The notes: generated by a model from the sequence alone, not told the origin. Numbered from the stretch's first letter, positions 54,526 through 63,045 are shown. The stretch is 64,000 nucleotides of DNA from an uncultured bacterium (GCA_942492765.1 OW818634.1:217159-281158), one strand, 5' to 3'. Program-made: numbers and translations.

Positions 54526-55923
54526 TCAAGACTTTCCGTTGGAGCTGACTTTCAATATTTTTCTTGCCCAAACTGTGCCGATAATCAAGAATGAATAATA
54601 TATAACCCCGAAACGCCAAGTAAAACCGCTCACTTCAACCGCTGCTCCAGGCGGCTGAGCTAGGATTTCCGAAACGAGAAAAATAAATCTCAATAAGAAA
54701 TAGGCCGGCGCGAAAAACAATGGTCCTAACATCGGTATTAAGGCGGTAGCCATTAGACCGAGGATAAGCGCGGCTAGTAAGGGCGCGAATGTCCATAAGA
54801 CTAGGACATTAGCTAAGGGTGCGATCAAAGATAATTGCTTGAAATCTATCAAGGCTATCGGCAGGATGACTATCTGAGAGACGATTGTCAGAGTGATAGT
54901 GTCCATGATATTCTTGAATACATTTTTAAATTTAGCGCGCCAGCTTCTCTTCTCTAAAAATTTCCGCGTTATTTTCTCACCCAAAGGATAAATATAGATG
55001 ATGCCTAGAAGCGCTAAAAAAGACAATTGAAAGCCGATATCATCGCGCAGCAGGCGCGGATTAAAGGCTAACATGAGCGCAGCTGCGAAAATCAGCGCCC
55101 TTATTAACGAACTAGTCCGCTCATAATAAATTGCCAGGAAAGCCAGTGCGCCCATCAAAGCCGAGCGCACAGCCGAGGCGGATAAACCGGTAATCAGCGG
55201 GTAAATAAATAAGAAGCCAAAAATTATCTTCAGAGCGCGCCGGCGGTTGAGACCAAGCGCTAACAAGAAATTCAGCGCCATGGCGCTTAGGATCGTGATA
55301 TGCGAACCGGAAATAGCGATCATGTGGCTCAGTCCCACGCGCGCAAACATATCCAAATCTTCACGCATAACGGTGCGGCGATAACCGAGCAGGAGCGCAT
55401 CGGCCAAGCCGGCCTCAGGCTCAGGCAAGCTAGAATCTATAATCGATTTTAAATACTGTTTACACTCTATCAATTTACGATAAACTTCTTGCGGCCAAGT
55501 CAGAGTTCCGGTCGCTATCTTTAGCTTCGGATAATACATGACCGAATAGATATCATAGCGCGCCAGATAGCTCTCATAATCAAAGCCTTCGATAATGGGC
55601 GGCGCTTGCAATTCCCCGCTGATATTCAAAAAATCGCCGTAATCATAAGATGGGTAAAGATCGGCCGTCACGAGAACTTGACCTCTTGTCTTACCTCCAA
55701 CGCATAACGTCAATCTCCGGCTCTTATAATCGACATCGGCTTCTTCACAGACGCGGCCGATAAAAGTTATTCTCTGACCATTATAAGAGGCTAAATCGCC
55801 TGAGCTGATTTCTTTTTGAAAAACTTTAGTGAAAGAACCAAGGATAAAGATAACCACGATGAATAATAAATTTGCGGACAGTAAAATTCGCGATGGCGAA
55901 CGCCAGAACTTTGATTTCTCCAT
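54526..55923 (-). CDS. comEC: ComEC/Rec2 family competence channel protein, short form (no C-terminal metallo-beta-lactamase domain)
   Basis: 465 aa; N-terminal OB-like (DUF4131-type) region plus the polytopic competence domain (GLSHMIAISGSHI). Confidence 0.8.
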   Translation of the reverse strand: MEKSKFWRSPSRILLSANLLFIVVIFILGSFTKVFQKEISSGDLASYNGQRITFIGRVCEEADVDYKSRRLTLCVGGKTRGQVLVTADLYPSYDYGDFLNISGELQAPPIIEGFDYESYLARYDIYSVMYYPKLKIATGTLTWPQEVYRKLIECKQYLKSIIDSSLPEPEAGLADALLLGYRRTVMREDLDMFARVGLSHMIAISGSHITILSAMALNFLLALGLNRRRALKIIFGFLFIYPLITGLSASAVRSALMGALAFLAIYYERTSSLIRALIFAAALMLAFNPRLLRDDIGFQLSFLALLGIIYIYPLGEKITRKFLEKRSWRAKFKNVFKNIMDTITLTIVSQIVILPIALIDFKQLSLIAPLANVLVLWTFAPLLAALILGLMATALIPMLGPLFFAPAYFLLRFIFLVSEILAQPPGAAVEVSGFTWRFGVIYYSFLIIGTVWARKILKVSSNGKS

Positions 55924-55969
55924 AAAAAAATACCGCTATGAGTAATAACAGTATTTTATAGGATTAGAG

Positions 55970-55990
55970 ATGAAGAAAAGATAAAGTCCT
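55970..55990. repeat. direct repeat copy 1: ATGAAGAAAAGATAAAGTCCT
   Basis: Identical 21-mer at 56774-56794; overlaps the higA stop codon. Confidence 0.95.
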
Positions 55991-56312
55991 AATCGCAAAC
56001 TACTTTTTCGGAGTATTTAACAGTCTTGATGGAAAATCCTGGAAAAATTAAAGTCGCGCCGGTAGCATCGGCGATTCTCTTCAGGAAGCTCAAACTAGGC
56101 AGACCGACGTCGCCGCATTCCAATCTAGCAATGCTAGATTGCTTGGTATTCAACTTCTTAGCTAAAGCAGCCTGAGAGAAACCGCATTGTATCCGTAATC
56201 TTTTTACTTTTCTGCCTATTTCATAGGCTAAATCCGGTTCTGTATAGGCTTTGGCAAACTCCGGGTTCTTCATCAGCTCTCTTTTTACCTCCTCATGAGT
56301 TATTGTTTTCAT
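55989..56312 (-). CDS. higA: HigA-type antitoxin, XRE-family HTH
   Basis: RLRIQCGFSQAALAKKLNTKQSSIARLECGD HTH; lies downstream of the toxin. Confidence 0.8.
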   Translation of the reverse strand: MKTITHEEVKRELMKNPEFAKAYTEPDLAYEIGRKVKRLRIQCGFSQAALAKKLNTKQSSIARLECGDVGLPSLSFLKRIADATGATLIFPGFSIKTVKYSEKVVCD

Positions 56313-56325
56313 ATAAAGGATGAAC

Positions 56326-56670
56326 TTAAATTAAATTATTCAATCTTCTCAAAGCTAAATTAATTTCCTGTTTTTTAAGTTTTTGTTCTTTTTTATTAAA
56401 AATATTCAAAATAACAACATCTTCTCCGACAATACTGAATAAAGTTCTATAAATAATATTACCGGAACATCTAGTCCTTAGTTCCCAAAGATTTTTTACT
56501 CCGGTTACTTTTCCAAGATCCGCCGTCCGACTAAGATAACCCGATCCAAAATCTGCCAAAAGATTTATATCGATAACGATTGCAGCGGCTTGGCGCTGAT
56601 CGGATAATGTACTTATGTATTTTAAAACCGGAGCATTGCCCGAAGCATTACTATAATATTTTATCTCCAT
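56326..56670 (-). CDS. higB: HigB-type toxin, RelE/ParE superfamily (Gp49-like)
   Basis: 114 aa; LWELRTRCSGNIIYRTLFSIVGEDVVILNIFNKKEQKLKKQEI pattern of Gp49/HigB toxins; toxin-first gene order. Confidence 0.75.
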   Translation of the reverse strand: MEIKYYSNASGNAPVLKYISTLSDQRQAAAIVIDINLLADFGSGYLSRTADLGKVTGVKNLWELRTRCSGNIIYRTLFSIVGEDVVILNIFNKKEQKLKKQEINLALRRLNNLI

Positions 56671-56674
56671 ATTT

Positions 56675-56703
56675 ATTATAACAATATTGTTATATTAAGG
56701 CAA
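56675..56703 (-). promoter_or_regulatory. higBA promoter TTGCCT-17-TATAAT overlapping an 18-bp perfect palindrome (56677-56694, TATAACAATATTGTTATA)
   Basis: Palindrome checked base by base; the -10 box ends 4 nt before the higB ATG. Confidence 0.65.
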
Positions 56704-56728
56704 GCCCATTGATTAAGCCCTCCCCGAC

Positions 56729-56759
56729 AAAAAAATGCCGCTAGTTTAATAGCGGCATT
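56729..56759 (-). terminator. intrinsic terminator after GNAT gene
   Basis: AATGCCGCTA-N6-TAGCGGCATT then U7 on the minus strand. Confidence 0.85.
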
Positions 56760-56773
56760 CTAACAAATCGGAT

Positions 56774-56794
56774 ATGAAGAAAAGATAAAGTCCT
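56774..56794. repeat. direct repeat copy 2: ATGAAGAAAAGATAAAGTCCT
   Basis: Identical to 55970-55990; ends 3 nt from the GNAT stop codon. Confidence 0.95.
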
Positions 56795-56797
56795 TAC

Positions 56798-57235
56798 CTA
56801 CAATCTTTTTATCATTAAATATTCATCTTTTTCTATTTTGCTTAATTTTTCAAATCCAAACTTATTTATATAGAATTTGGGTATCTTAGCAGTAATTATT
56901 ACCATTTTAACTTTCTTATCCTTCTTTATCTCTTTAAGAGCGCGGGCTACTAGCGCCACCCCGATTCCCTGATTCTGATAGGTCTTAGCAACATTAACCC
57001 AAAATAATTCAGCAATGCCGTAATCAAACCAAGCGCCGCAGAAACCGACTAAACCGACTATCTGGCCTTGGCTTTCGGCAACCAGATAACGAGGCGGGTA
57101 AACGGGATTAGAAAACATCGCCTTGATCTCCTTACGAGCTAATTTCTTGTACTTATCATTATAATTATCGCCGACGATCATCGCGGCCTGATTTATCTCC
57201 TGATTATTCTTAATGAAACGCAGAGCATATTTCAT
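56798..57235 (-). CDS. GNAT family N-acetyltransferase
   Basis: QNQGIGVALVARA motif A; 145 aa. Confidence 0.85.
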   Translation of the reverse strand: MKYALRFIKNNQEINQAAMIVGDNYNDKYKKLARKEIKAMFSNPVYPPRYLVAESQGQIVGLVGFCGAWFDYGIAELFWVNVAKTYQNQGIGVALVARALKEIKKDKKVKMVIITAKIPKFYINKFGFEKLSKIEKDEYLMIKRL

Positions 57236-57236
57236 A

Positions 57237-58331
57237 TTATTTCTTCAACCACCTCAGATAAGCTTCCATAAAAGGCTCAAGTGCTCCATCTAGCACGGCG
57301 TCGACATTCGAAGTTTCATATTCAGTCCGATGATCCTTGATATAACGCTTACCATATAGGCAATAAGATCGGATTTGCGAACTCCAGGCTGCTTTCTGAA
57401 CTTCACCTTTCAAGCGCCGCTCTTCTGTCTCTCTCTCTTCCAGGGCACGCTGGTATAATTTGGCTTTCAATATTTTAAAAGCGTTCTCTTTATTCTGATG
57501 CTGCGACCGTTCACTCTGACAGGAAACGGTAAGGCCGGTCGGGATATGGACCAAGCGCACGGCCGAATCAGTCGTATTAACGCTTTGGCCGCCTGGGCCG
57601 CTAGAACGATAGACATCGATGCGCACGTCCTCATCCTTGATCACTATAGTGCCGTCGTCCTTTATTTCCGGAATCACTTCGACAAGCGCGTAAGAAGTCT
57701 GGCGCAGGCCGTCGGCATTAAAAGGCGAATTGCGCAGCAGCCGGTGCGGTCCGTTCTCGCTTTTCAGGTAGCCATAAACCCAGGCGCCGGATATGCGCAT
57801 AACTGAGCTTTTTACCCCAGCCTCATTGCCATAATTCCTATCCATTATTTCTGCTTTCCAACCCTGGCGCTCAGCAAAGCGCAGATACATGCGCTCGAGC
57901 ATCTGAGCCCAATCCTGAGCGTCTACGCCGCCCGTGCCGGCATGAATAGCTATCAAGGCGTTATCATGGTCATATTTCTCAGAAAAGAGCGAGACGAACT
58001 CCAGGTGAGTAAACTTATCTTCCAGCTCTGAATATTTTTTCTCCATATCTTCGGCCAGGCCAGCATCGCCCTCTTTATCGGCTAAAGCCAGGATCTCTTC
58101 CGCTTCCCTGATTTCTTTTTCCAAGGCGCGCCACTCCTTTGTTTCTAAGGATAATTCTTCCGCCTCCCGGCCGATCTTGATGGCGGTTTCGCGGTCGTCC
58201 CAAAAATCAGACTCAGACATCCTGAGACGCAGCTCTTTCTCCTGCACGAACTTGCGATCGATATCCAAAAGCGCTTTCGTCTTTAAAAAGCGTTCACGCA
58301 GTTCTTCTATTTTTTTTAGGAGATTTTCCAT
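57237..58331 (-). CDS. prfB: peptide chain release factor 2 (uninterrupted, no +1 frameshift site)
   Basis: SPF tripeptide (NSPFNA) and GGQ (SGPGGQSVN); 364 aa in a single ORF. Confidence 0.92.
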   Translation of the reverse strand: MENLLKKIEELRERFLKTKALLDIDRKFVQEKELRLRMSESDFWDDRETAIKIGREAEELSLETKEWRALEKEIREAEEILALADKEGDAGLAEDMEKKYSELEDKFTHLEFVSLFSEKYDHDNALIAIHAGTGGVDAQDWAQMLERMYLRFAERQGWKAEIMDRNYGNEAGVKSSVMRISGAWVYGYLKSENGPHRLLRNSPFNADGLRQTSYALVEVIPEIKDDGTIVIKDEDVRIDVYRSSGPGGQSVNTTDSAVRLVHIPTGLTVSCQSERSQHQNKENAFKILKAKLYQRALEERETEERRLKGEVQKAAWSSQIRSYCLYGKRYIKDHRTEYETSNVDAVLDGALEPFMEAYLRWLKK

Positions 58332-58348
58332 ATCTTTAGGCTGATCAA

Positions 58349-59572
58349 TTATTCAATGATATTATTATTACTGATTATCTTCTTTTTCACAAATATGCCG
58401 AAGACTAAGACTAAGATAGCCGCTAATAGCCCTAGAGAAACAGCCCAACCGGCTAAATCGCTGAGAATTCCAATCAAGATGATGCCGGCAAATCCTCCGA
58501 GGCCAGAAATCTCCTCTAAGACAGCGCTAATGCTGCCGAAGCTATAGTGGGTCTTCCAAAGCAAAAAATTATTCTTAACGTTAAAATCAGCTATCAGTTG
58601 ACGCCGGCACAAAGCAATTGTTTCTATGAATACTCCTACTAAGACTAGCGCTGACAAGCGCCAGAGGAAGCTAGTCCATAATATCGAACCGGCGATGACG
58701 GCGATTAATCCGAAGAGACTGAAAATCAAGCTACGGTTTACCTTTACTCTGTCGATTACCCAGCCCAATAAGTTGCCGCAGGCTTCCGGCAAAGAATAGA
58801 ATATGGCTAAAATGATGACCTGTTGCAAGCTAGATTCATCCTTCCAAACCTCGATCGGAATGAAGAAAAAAAACGCGCCAGAAACAAAACTGATTAAAAA
58901 GCTAGAAAGTATCAAAGTCCTTAATTTGACCGGCCAACGCAAAATCTCCTTGATCGTTTCTTGATAAGGGCGGAGGTTGAATCTTATCGGCTTTATTTTC
59001 TTTAATTTCGTGTCGTTCGGCAGGAAGAAGGCGATAATAATAGATATGAGAGCTGCTGGAGCTATCAGCAATAAAAGCTGATGGATAGCGAGCTTATTGA
59101 CCAAGAATAAGCTCAGACAAACAGCAACTATCCAGGTCATGACGCCCAAAGTGTCAAAAAAACCGAAAGCGCGCGCCATATACCGATGTGGCGTATATTT
59201 ACAGATATAGCTTTCGCGACTGACGCATGTCAATGGCCAGGCCAAGCCGTTCAGGACGCGGGCAATAACTACGAATACAGCCATTGCCAAGGCGCCGGCG
59301 AAATAATAATTTATAGCGATTAAAAAATATAAGACAGTGCCGACAAGCATCATTTTCTTGATCGAAATCTTGTCGGCGTAATAACCGATTATAGGGGTGA
59401 CTAAAAGCGCGACAATATCCAAGATAGATTTCAATAGGCCGGTTTCGGCATAACTATTAGCGAATTGATATAGGAATACAGGGATCAAGGCTTCGCCAAA
59501 ACCCCAGCCGAACCAGAGAACAGCAGTAGAGATGGAGACTATCTTTACTTCGCGCGAAACTTTAAAGCTCAT
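58349..59572 (-). CDS. MFS transporter
   Basis: 407 aa, about 12 TM helices. Confidence 0.8.
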   Translation of the reverse strand: MSFKVSREVKIVSISTAVLWFGWGFGEALIPVFLYQFANSYAETGLLKSILDIVALLVTPIIGYYADKISIKKMMLVGTVLYFLIAINYYFAGALAMAVFVVIARVLNGLAWPLTCVSRESYICKYTPHRYMARAFGFFDTLGVMTWIVAVCLSLFLVNKLAIHQLLLLIAPAALISIIIAFFLPNDTKLKKIKPIRFNLRPYQETIKEILRWPVKLRTLILSSFLISFVSGAFFFFIPIEVWKDESSLQQVIILAIFYSLPEACGNLLGWVIDRVKVNRSLIFSLFGLIAVIAGSILWTSFLWRLSALVLVGVFIETIALCRRQLIADFNVKNNFLLWKTHYSFGSISAVLEEISGLGGFAGIILIGILSDLAGWAVSLGLLAAILVLVFGIFVKKKIISNNNIIE

Positions 59573-59612
59573 ATATCAATCATTATAACTGGAAAACCGG
59601 CGATTTTCAAAC

Positions 59613-59641
59613 AAAAAACGCCCGAATGAACGGACGTTTTT
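59613..59641 (-). terminator. intrinsic terminator after rpsI
   Basis: AACGUCCG-N6-CGGGCGUU then U6 on the minus strand. Confidence 0.75.
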
Positions 59642-59665
59642 GTATATAGAGGTATATTTGGCAGA

Positions 59666-60175
59666 TTAACGCTTGCTCCATTGCGGGGCCTTTCTGGCTT
59701 TGCGCAGACCCGGTTTCTTTCTTTCAACCTGTCTCGGATCGCGAGTTAAGAAATCATTAGCCTTCAAAGCTTCCTTAGTGGCTGGATCAAGAGCGAAGAC
59801 AGCGCGGGCGATGCCTAAGCGAACCGCTCCGATCTGACCCTGCTTACCGCCACCTTGAGCGATGACAGAAAAATTATAATCGCGGCCATGTCCGGTCGCT
59901 TTCAGGGGCTGAGAGATTAAGCTGGCGCCTTCTCCCGGAAAATACTGGCTAGCGCGCATGCCGTTGATCATGATGATGCCCTTGCCGTCCTCATATAAGC
60001 GGACTTTGGCGACCGCAGTCTTGCGGCGGCCGACAGCCTTGATATATTTGCCTTTGAATTCAGCGACTTCATTCTTCGCCCATTCCTTCTCTTCTTCCAA
60101 AGGAGTTTCAGTTATCAGGACTTCCCCGATCTCAAGCTCTTTAGCTTTAGCTGGTTTTGCTTTTCTTTCTGCCAT
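59666..60175 (-). CDS. rpsI: 30S ribosomal protein uS9 (N-terminal charged extension)
   Basis: GRRKTAVAKVRL...C-terminal RKAPQWSKR. Confidence 0.92.
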   Translation of the reverse strand: MAERKAKPAKAKELEIGEVLITETPLEEEKEWAKNEVAEFKGKYIKAVGRRKTAVAKVRLYEDGKGIIMINGMRASQYFPGEGASLISQPLKATGHGRDYNFSVIAQGGGKQGQIGAVRLGIARAVFALDPATKEALKANDFLTRDPRQVERKKPGLRKARKAPQWSKR

Positions 60176-60176
60176 A

Positions 60177-60533
60177 TTATTTGATAATTAATCTTTTGAG
60201 CATATCAGTGCGCAGCTTCGTCGGCGGAAGCATCTCGCGCACGGCCCTGAATAAGACTTCACCCGGATCCTTTACGAAGACTTCAGACATCTTCTTGGTC
60301 TTCAAGCCGCCGAGATAACCGGAATAATGATGATACTCTTTCTGGCCGAGCTTCTTGCCGGTAAATTTCGCTTTCGCGAGATTAGAAACTTCGACGATAT
60401 CGCCCAAATCTAAATGCGCCTGATATTCCGGCTTCATCTTGCCTCTCAGGACGAGGGCAATGCTGGTCGCCATGCGTCCGATGGTCTTGCCGGTAGCGTC
60501 GATCTTGTGTAATTTTCTTTCAATATTTTTCAT
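60177..60533 (-). CDS. rplM: 50S ribosomal protein uL13 (short form)
   Basis: HKIDATGKTIGRMATSIALVLRGK. Confidence 0.9.
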   Translation of the reverse strand: MKNIERKLHKIDATGKTIGRMATSIALVLRGKMKPEYQAHLDLGDIVEVSNLAKAKFTGKKLGQKEYHHYSGYLGGLKTKKMSEVFVKDPGEVLFRAVREMLPPTKLRTDMLKRLIIK

Positions 60534-60540
60534 ATAGTAT

Positions 60541-60891
60541 TTATACTAATTCAATCTGGACCATTTCTGCGCCGTCGCCCTGGCGAGTTCCTAATTTAGT
60601 GGTGCGGGTATAGCCGCCTGGACGAGTCTTATAGCGGACGCCGAGCACTTCGATCGCCTTCTTAACGGCATTCTTCTGCAATAATACCTTGATCAGGCCG
60701 CGGCGAGCAGTCAAATCTCCGGCCTTAGAAGCCGTGATCATTCTCTCTACCAGCGGACGGACGGCTTGCGCCTTAGCCTTAGTCGTCTTGACTTTCTCGT
60801 ATATTAAAATACTAGAAGCTAGATTACGAAGCATCAATTCGCGCGGGCCTTTCTGGCGATCCAAGATCTTGTTTTTGTTTCTGTGACGCAT
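60541..60891 (-). CDS. rplQ: 50S ribosomal protein bL17
   Basis: MRHRNKNKILDRQKGPRELMLRNL. Confidence 0.92.
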   Translation of the reverse strand: MRHRNKNKILDRQKGPRELMLRNLASSILIYEKVKTTKAKAQAVRPLVERMITASKAGDLTARRGLIKVLLQKNAVKKAIEVLGVRYKTRPGGYTRTTKLGTRQGDGAEMVQIELV

Positions 60892-60915
60892 ATCAGTTCA
60901 ATTACTATTTACAAA

Positions 60916-61725
60916 TTATTTCTTAATTTTTTTAGCTTTCTTCTCTTTCTTTTCAACCTTCTCTTCCTTAGCCTCATCCGCTTCCTCGATTTCGGCTGCT
61001 ACGGTCTCTTCGACAACAACCTTCTCTTCCTTCTGGCCGGAAATGGTCAGGAACGAAGAATATTGATCGACGAGAATCTTAACCGCTTCGTTAAAAGCAT
61101 TTTCAGCGGTGATAGTGCCGTCAGTCTTGATATCGAGCACTAATTTATCCCAGTTAGTCATCTTGCCGACGCGGGTGTTCTCTACGCTGATGCTGACGAG
61201 AGTAACCGGAGAAAAGATAGAATCGATCTCGATATAACCGATTTCGCGCGCATCTTTCTTGACGTTCTCAGCCATCTTATAGCCGCGTCCTTCCTGAACG
61301 GTTATCTCAATATCCAGGCTGCCCGCTTCATCAGTGATATGAGCGATGACGAGTTCCGGATTCTTGATCTCGACTTCGGAATTCTTAGTAATATCCCCAG
61401 CCTTGACGGTCTTCTTGCCCTTGACCTTCAGCTCTAAGCGGACTTCTTCTTCTGTAAAGGTCTTCAGGCGCAATTGCTTGAGGTTCAATAAGATTTCCAG
61501 GACGTCTTCCTTAACATGAGGCAGAGCCATGAATTCATGACTAGCGCCTTTGATCTTGGCGCCGATGACAGCAGCTCCCGGGAGAGAGGATAAGAGGACG
61601 CGGCGCAAAGAGTTGCCCAGCGTCATGCCGTAACCCGGAAATAAAGGCTCGACCGTAACGATTCCCTCATGGAGATCCTTACCGGCCTTGAATTCGATTT
61701 TTTTTGGCAATGCGATGTTTTGCAT
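60916..61725 (-). CDS. rpoA: DNA-directed RNA polymerase alpha subunit, N-terminal domain only, plus Glu/Lys-rich tail
   Basis: 269 aa; TLGNSLRRVLLSSLPG, VKEDVLEILLNLK; sequence after about residue 225 is EEKVVVEETVAAEIEEADEAKEEKVEKKEKKAKKIKK. Confidence 0.9.
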   Translation of the reverse strand: MQNIALPKKIEFKAGKDLHEGIVTVEPLFPGYGMTLGNSLRRVLLSSLPGAAVIGAKIKGASHEFMALPHVKEDVLEILLNLKQLRLKTFTEEEVRLELKVKGKKTVKAGDITKNSEVEIKNPELVIAHITDEAGSLDIEITVQEGRGYKMAENVKKDAREIGYIEIDSIFSPVTLVSISVENTRVGKMTNWDKLVLDIKTDGTITAENAFNEAVKILVDQYSSFLTISGQKEEKVVVEETVAAEIEEADEAKEEKVEKKEKKAKKIKK

Positions 61726-61767
61726 ATTTTTTTATGTATACAGGCGAGCCGCCTATATTATTTGAGA

Positions 61768-62397
61768 TTATTTCGAGTAATACTCAATGATCACTTGGAC
61801 GTTCAGGTTCTGAGGCAAGTCTGCATCTTTCGGCTCATGCAAGACCTTAGCGCTCAAATCTTTGACATCGAAGTTCAACCAGCTCGGACGATCGGCCTTC
61901 TTCAGATGCTCGACAGCTTTCTTAAAGTAAGGGCTGTTCGCGCTATTCTTCTTGACTTTGATGGTTTGTCCGGCTTTGACAGAGAAAGAAGGGATATCGG
62001 CTTTGCGATCATCGACCGTAAAATGGCCATGATTGACTAATTGACGGGCGGCCGCGCGAGACGTAGCCCAACCCAAACGATAAACGACGTTATCTAAACG
62101 CATTTCCAGGGCGCGCAAGAAATTCTTGCCGGCGTCTCCTTGTTTCTTTGAAGCCTTCTCCAAAGTCAAACGGAATTGCTTTTCTAATAAGCCGTAGAAC
62201 TTCTTAGCTTTCTGTTTTTCCGCCAGCTGGGCGCCGTAATCGCTCAAGCGCTTGCGTCCTTTAGGACCATGAAAACCAGGAGCGTAGTTACGCTTGATCA
62301 TCGCGCATTTCGGAGTGGAACAGCGGTCTCCTTTTAAGAACAGCTTCTCACCGGAACGGCGGCACTGGCTGCATTTGCTGTCAATATTTCTTCCCAT
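61768..62397 (-). CDS. rpsD: 30S ribosomal protein uS4
   Basis: CSQCRRSGEKLFLKGDRC; S4 RNA-binding domain. Confidence 0.92.
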   Translation of the reverse strand: MGRNIDSKCSQCRRSGEKLFLKGDRCSTPKCAMIKRNYAPGFHGPKGRKRLSDYGAQLAEKQKAKKFYGLLEKQFRLTLEKASKKQGDAGKNFLRALEMRLDNVVYRLGWATSRAAARQLVNHGHFTVDDRKADIPSFSVKAGQTIKVKKNSANSPYFKKAVEHLKKADRPSWLNFDVKDLSAKVLHEPKDADLPQNLNVQVIIEYYSK

Positions 62398-62441
62398 AGC
62401 TTTGTATCGTTAATGACTTTATGTCTTTTTTATAATTATGA

Positions 62442-63008
62442 TTAGACTCTTCTCGGTTTCTTCGGACGGCAGCCGTTATGAGGGACAGAGGTGGTATCCT
62501 TGATCGAAGTGACATTCAAGCCATTAGCGTTCAAGGCGCGGATAGCCGCTTCGCGGCCGGTTCCGACACCAGAAACGAAAACGCTCACTTCCTCTAAGCC
62601 GTATTCTTCTCTAGCTTTCTGAGAGGCGATCTTAGTGATGATCTGAGCAGCGTAAGGAGTCGCCTTCTTGGCGCCCTTGAAACCGGCTAAACCGGCGCTA
62701 GCCCAAGAAATGACGTCGCCATTGGTATCAGTCAGAGTGATCATGGTGTTGTTGTACGTCGCCTGAATATAGGCGCGGCCAATCTTGACGACCTTAGCGG
62801 TCTTCTTCTTTTTCTTCTTGATCAGCTTTTTCTTCGCTCTGGCCGCCTTATTCTTTTCCAGTTTCTGCTTGATTTCTTCCGGCAATTCCTCGACAGCTGA
62901 ATCAAAAGAAAACTCGGGAGCCTCTTTTTCCTCTTTAGGCTCGCTAGCTTCTTCTTTATTGGTTCCGCCGATAATCGGGGTTTCTTCTTTTTTTACTTCT
63001 TCTGACAT
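62442..63008 (-). CDS. rpsK: 30S ribosomal protein uS11 (about 60-aa Glu/Lys-rich N-terminal extension)
   Basis: [30 protein letters not shown]. Confidence 0.92.
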   Translation of the reverse strand: MSEEVKKEETPIIGGTNKEEASEPKEEKEAPEFSFDSAVEELPEEIKQKLEKNKAARAKKKLIKKKKKKTAKVVKIGRAYIQATYNNTMITLTDTNGDVISWASAGLAGFKGAKKATPYAAQIITKIASQKAREEYGLEEVSVFVSGVGTGREAAIRALNANGLNVTSIKDTTSVPHNGCRPKKPRRV

Positions 63009-63045
63009 AATTTAATTCTTAGTTCGTAATGCTCAAATTATTGGA

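Noticed and set aside
57237-58331. Looked for the programmed +1 frameshift (CUU UGA C) typical of many prfB genes.
   Set aside because: The RF2 ORF is uninterrupted from Met1 (364 aa) and no in-frame UGA is present. The gene simply lacks the autoregulatory frameshift, as in a minority of bacteria.
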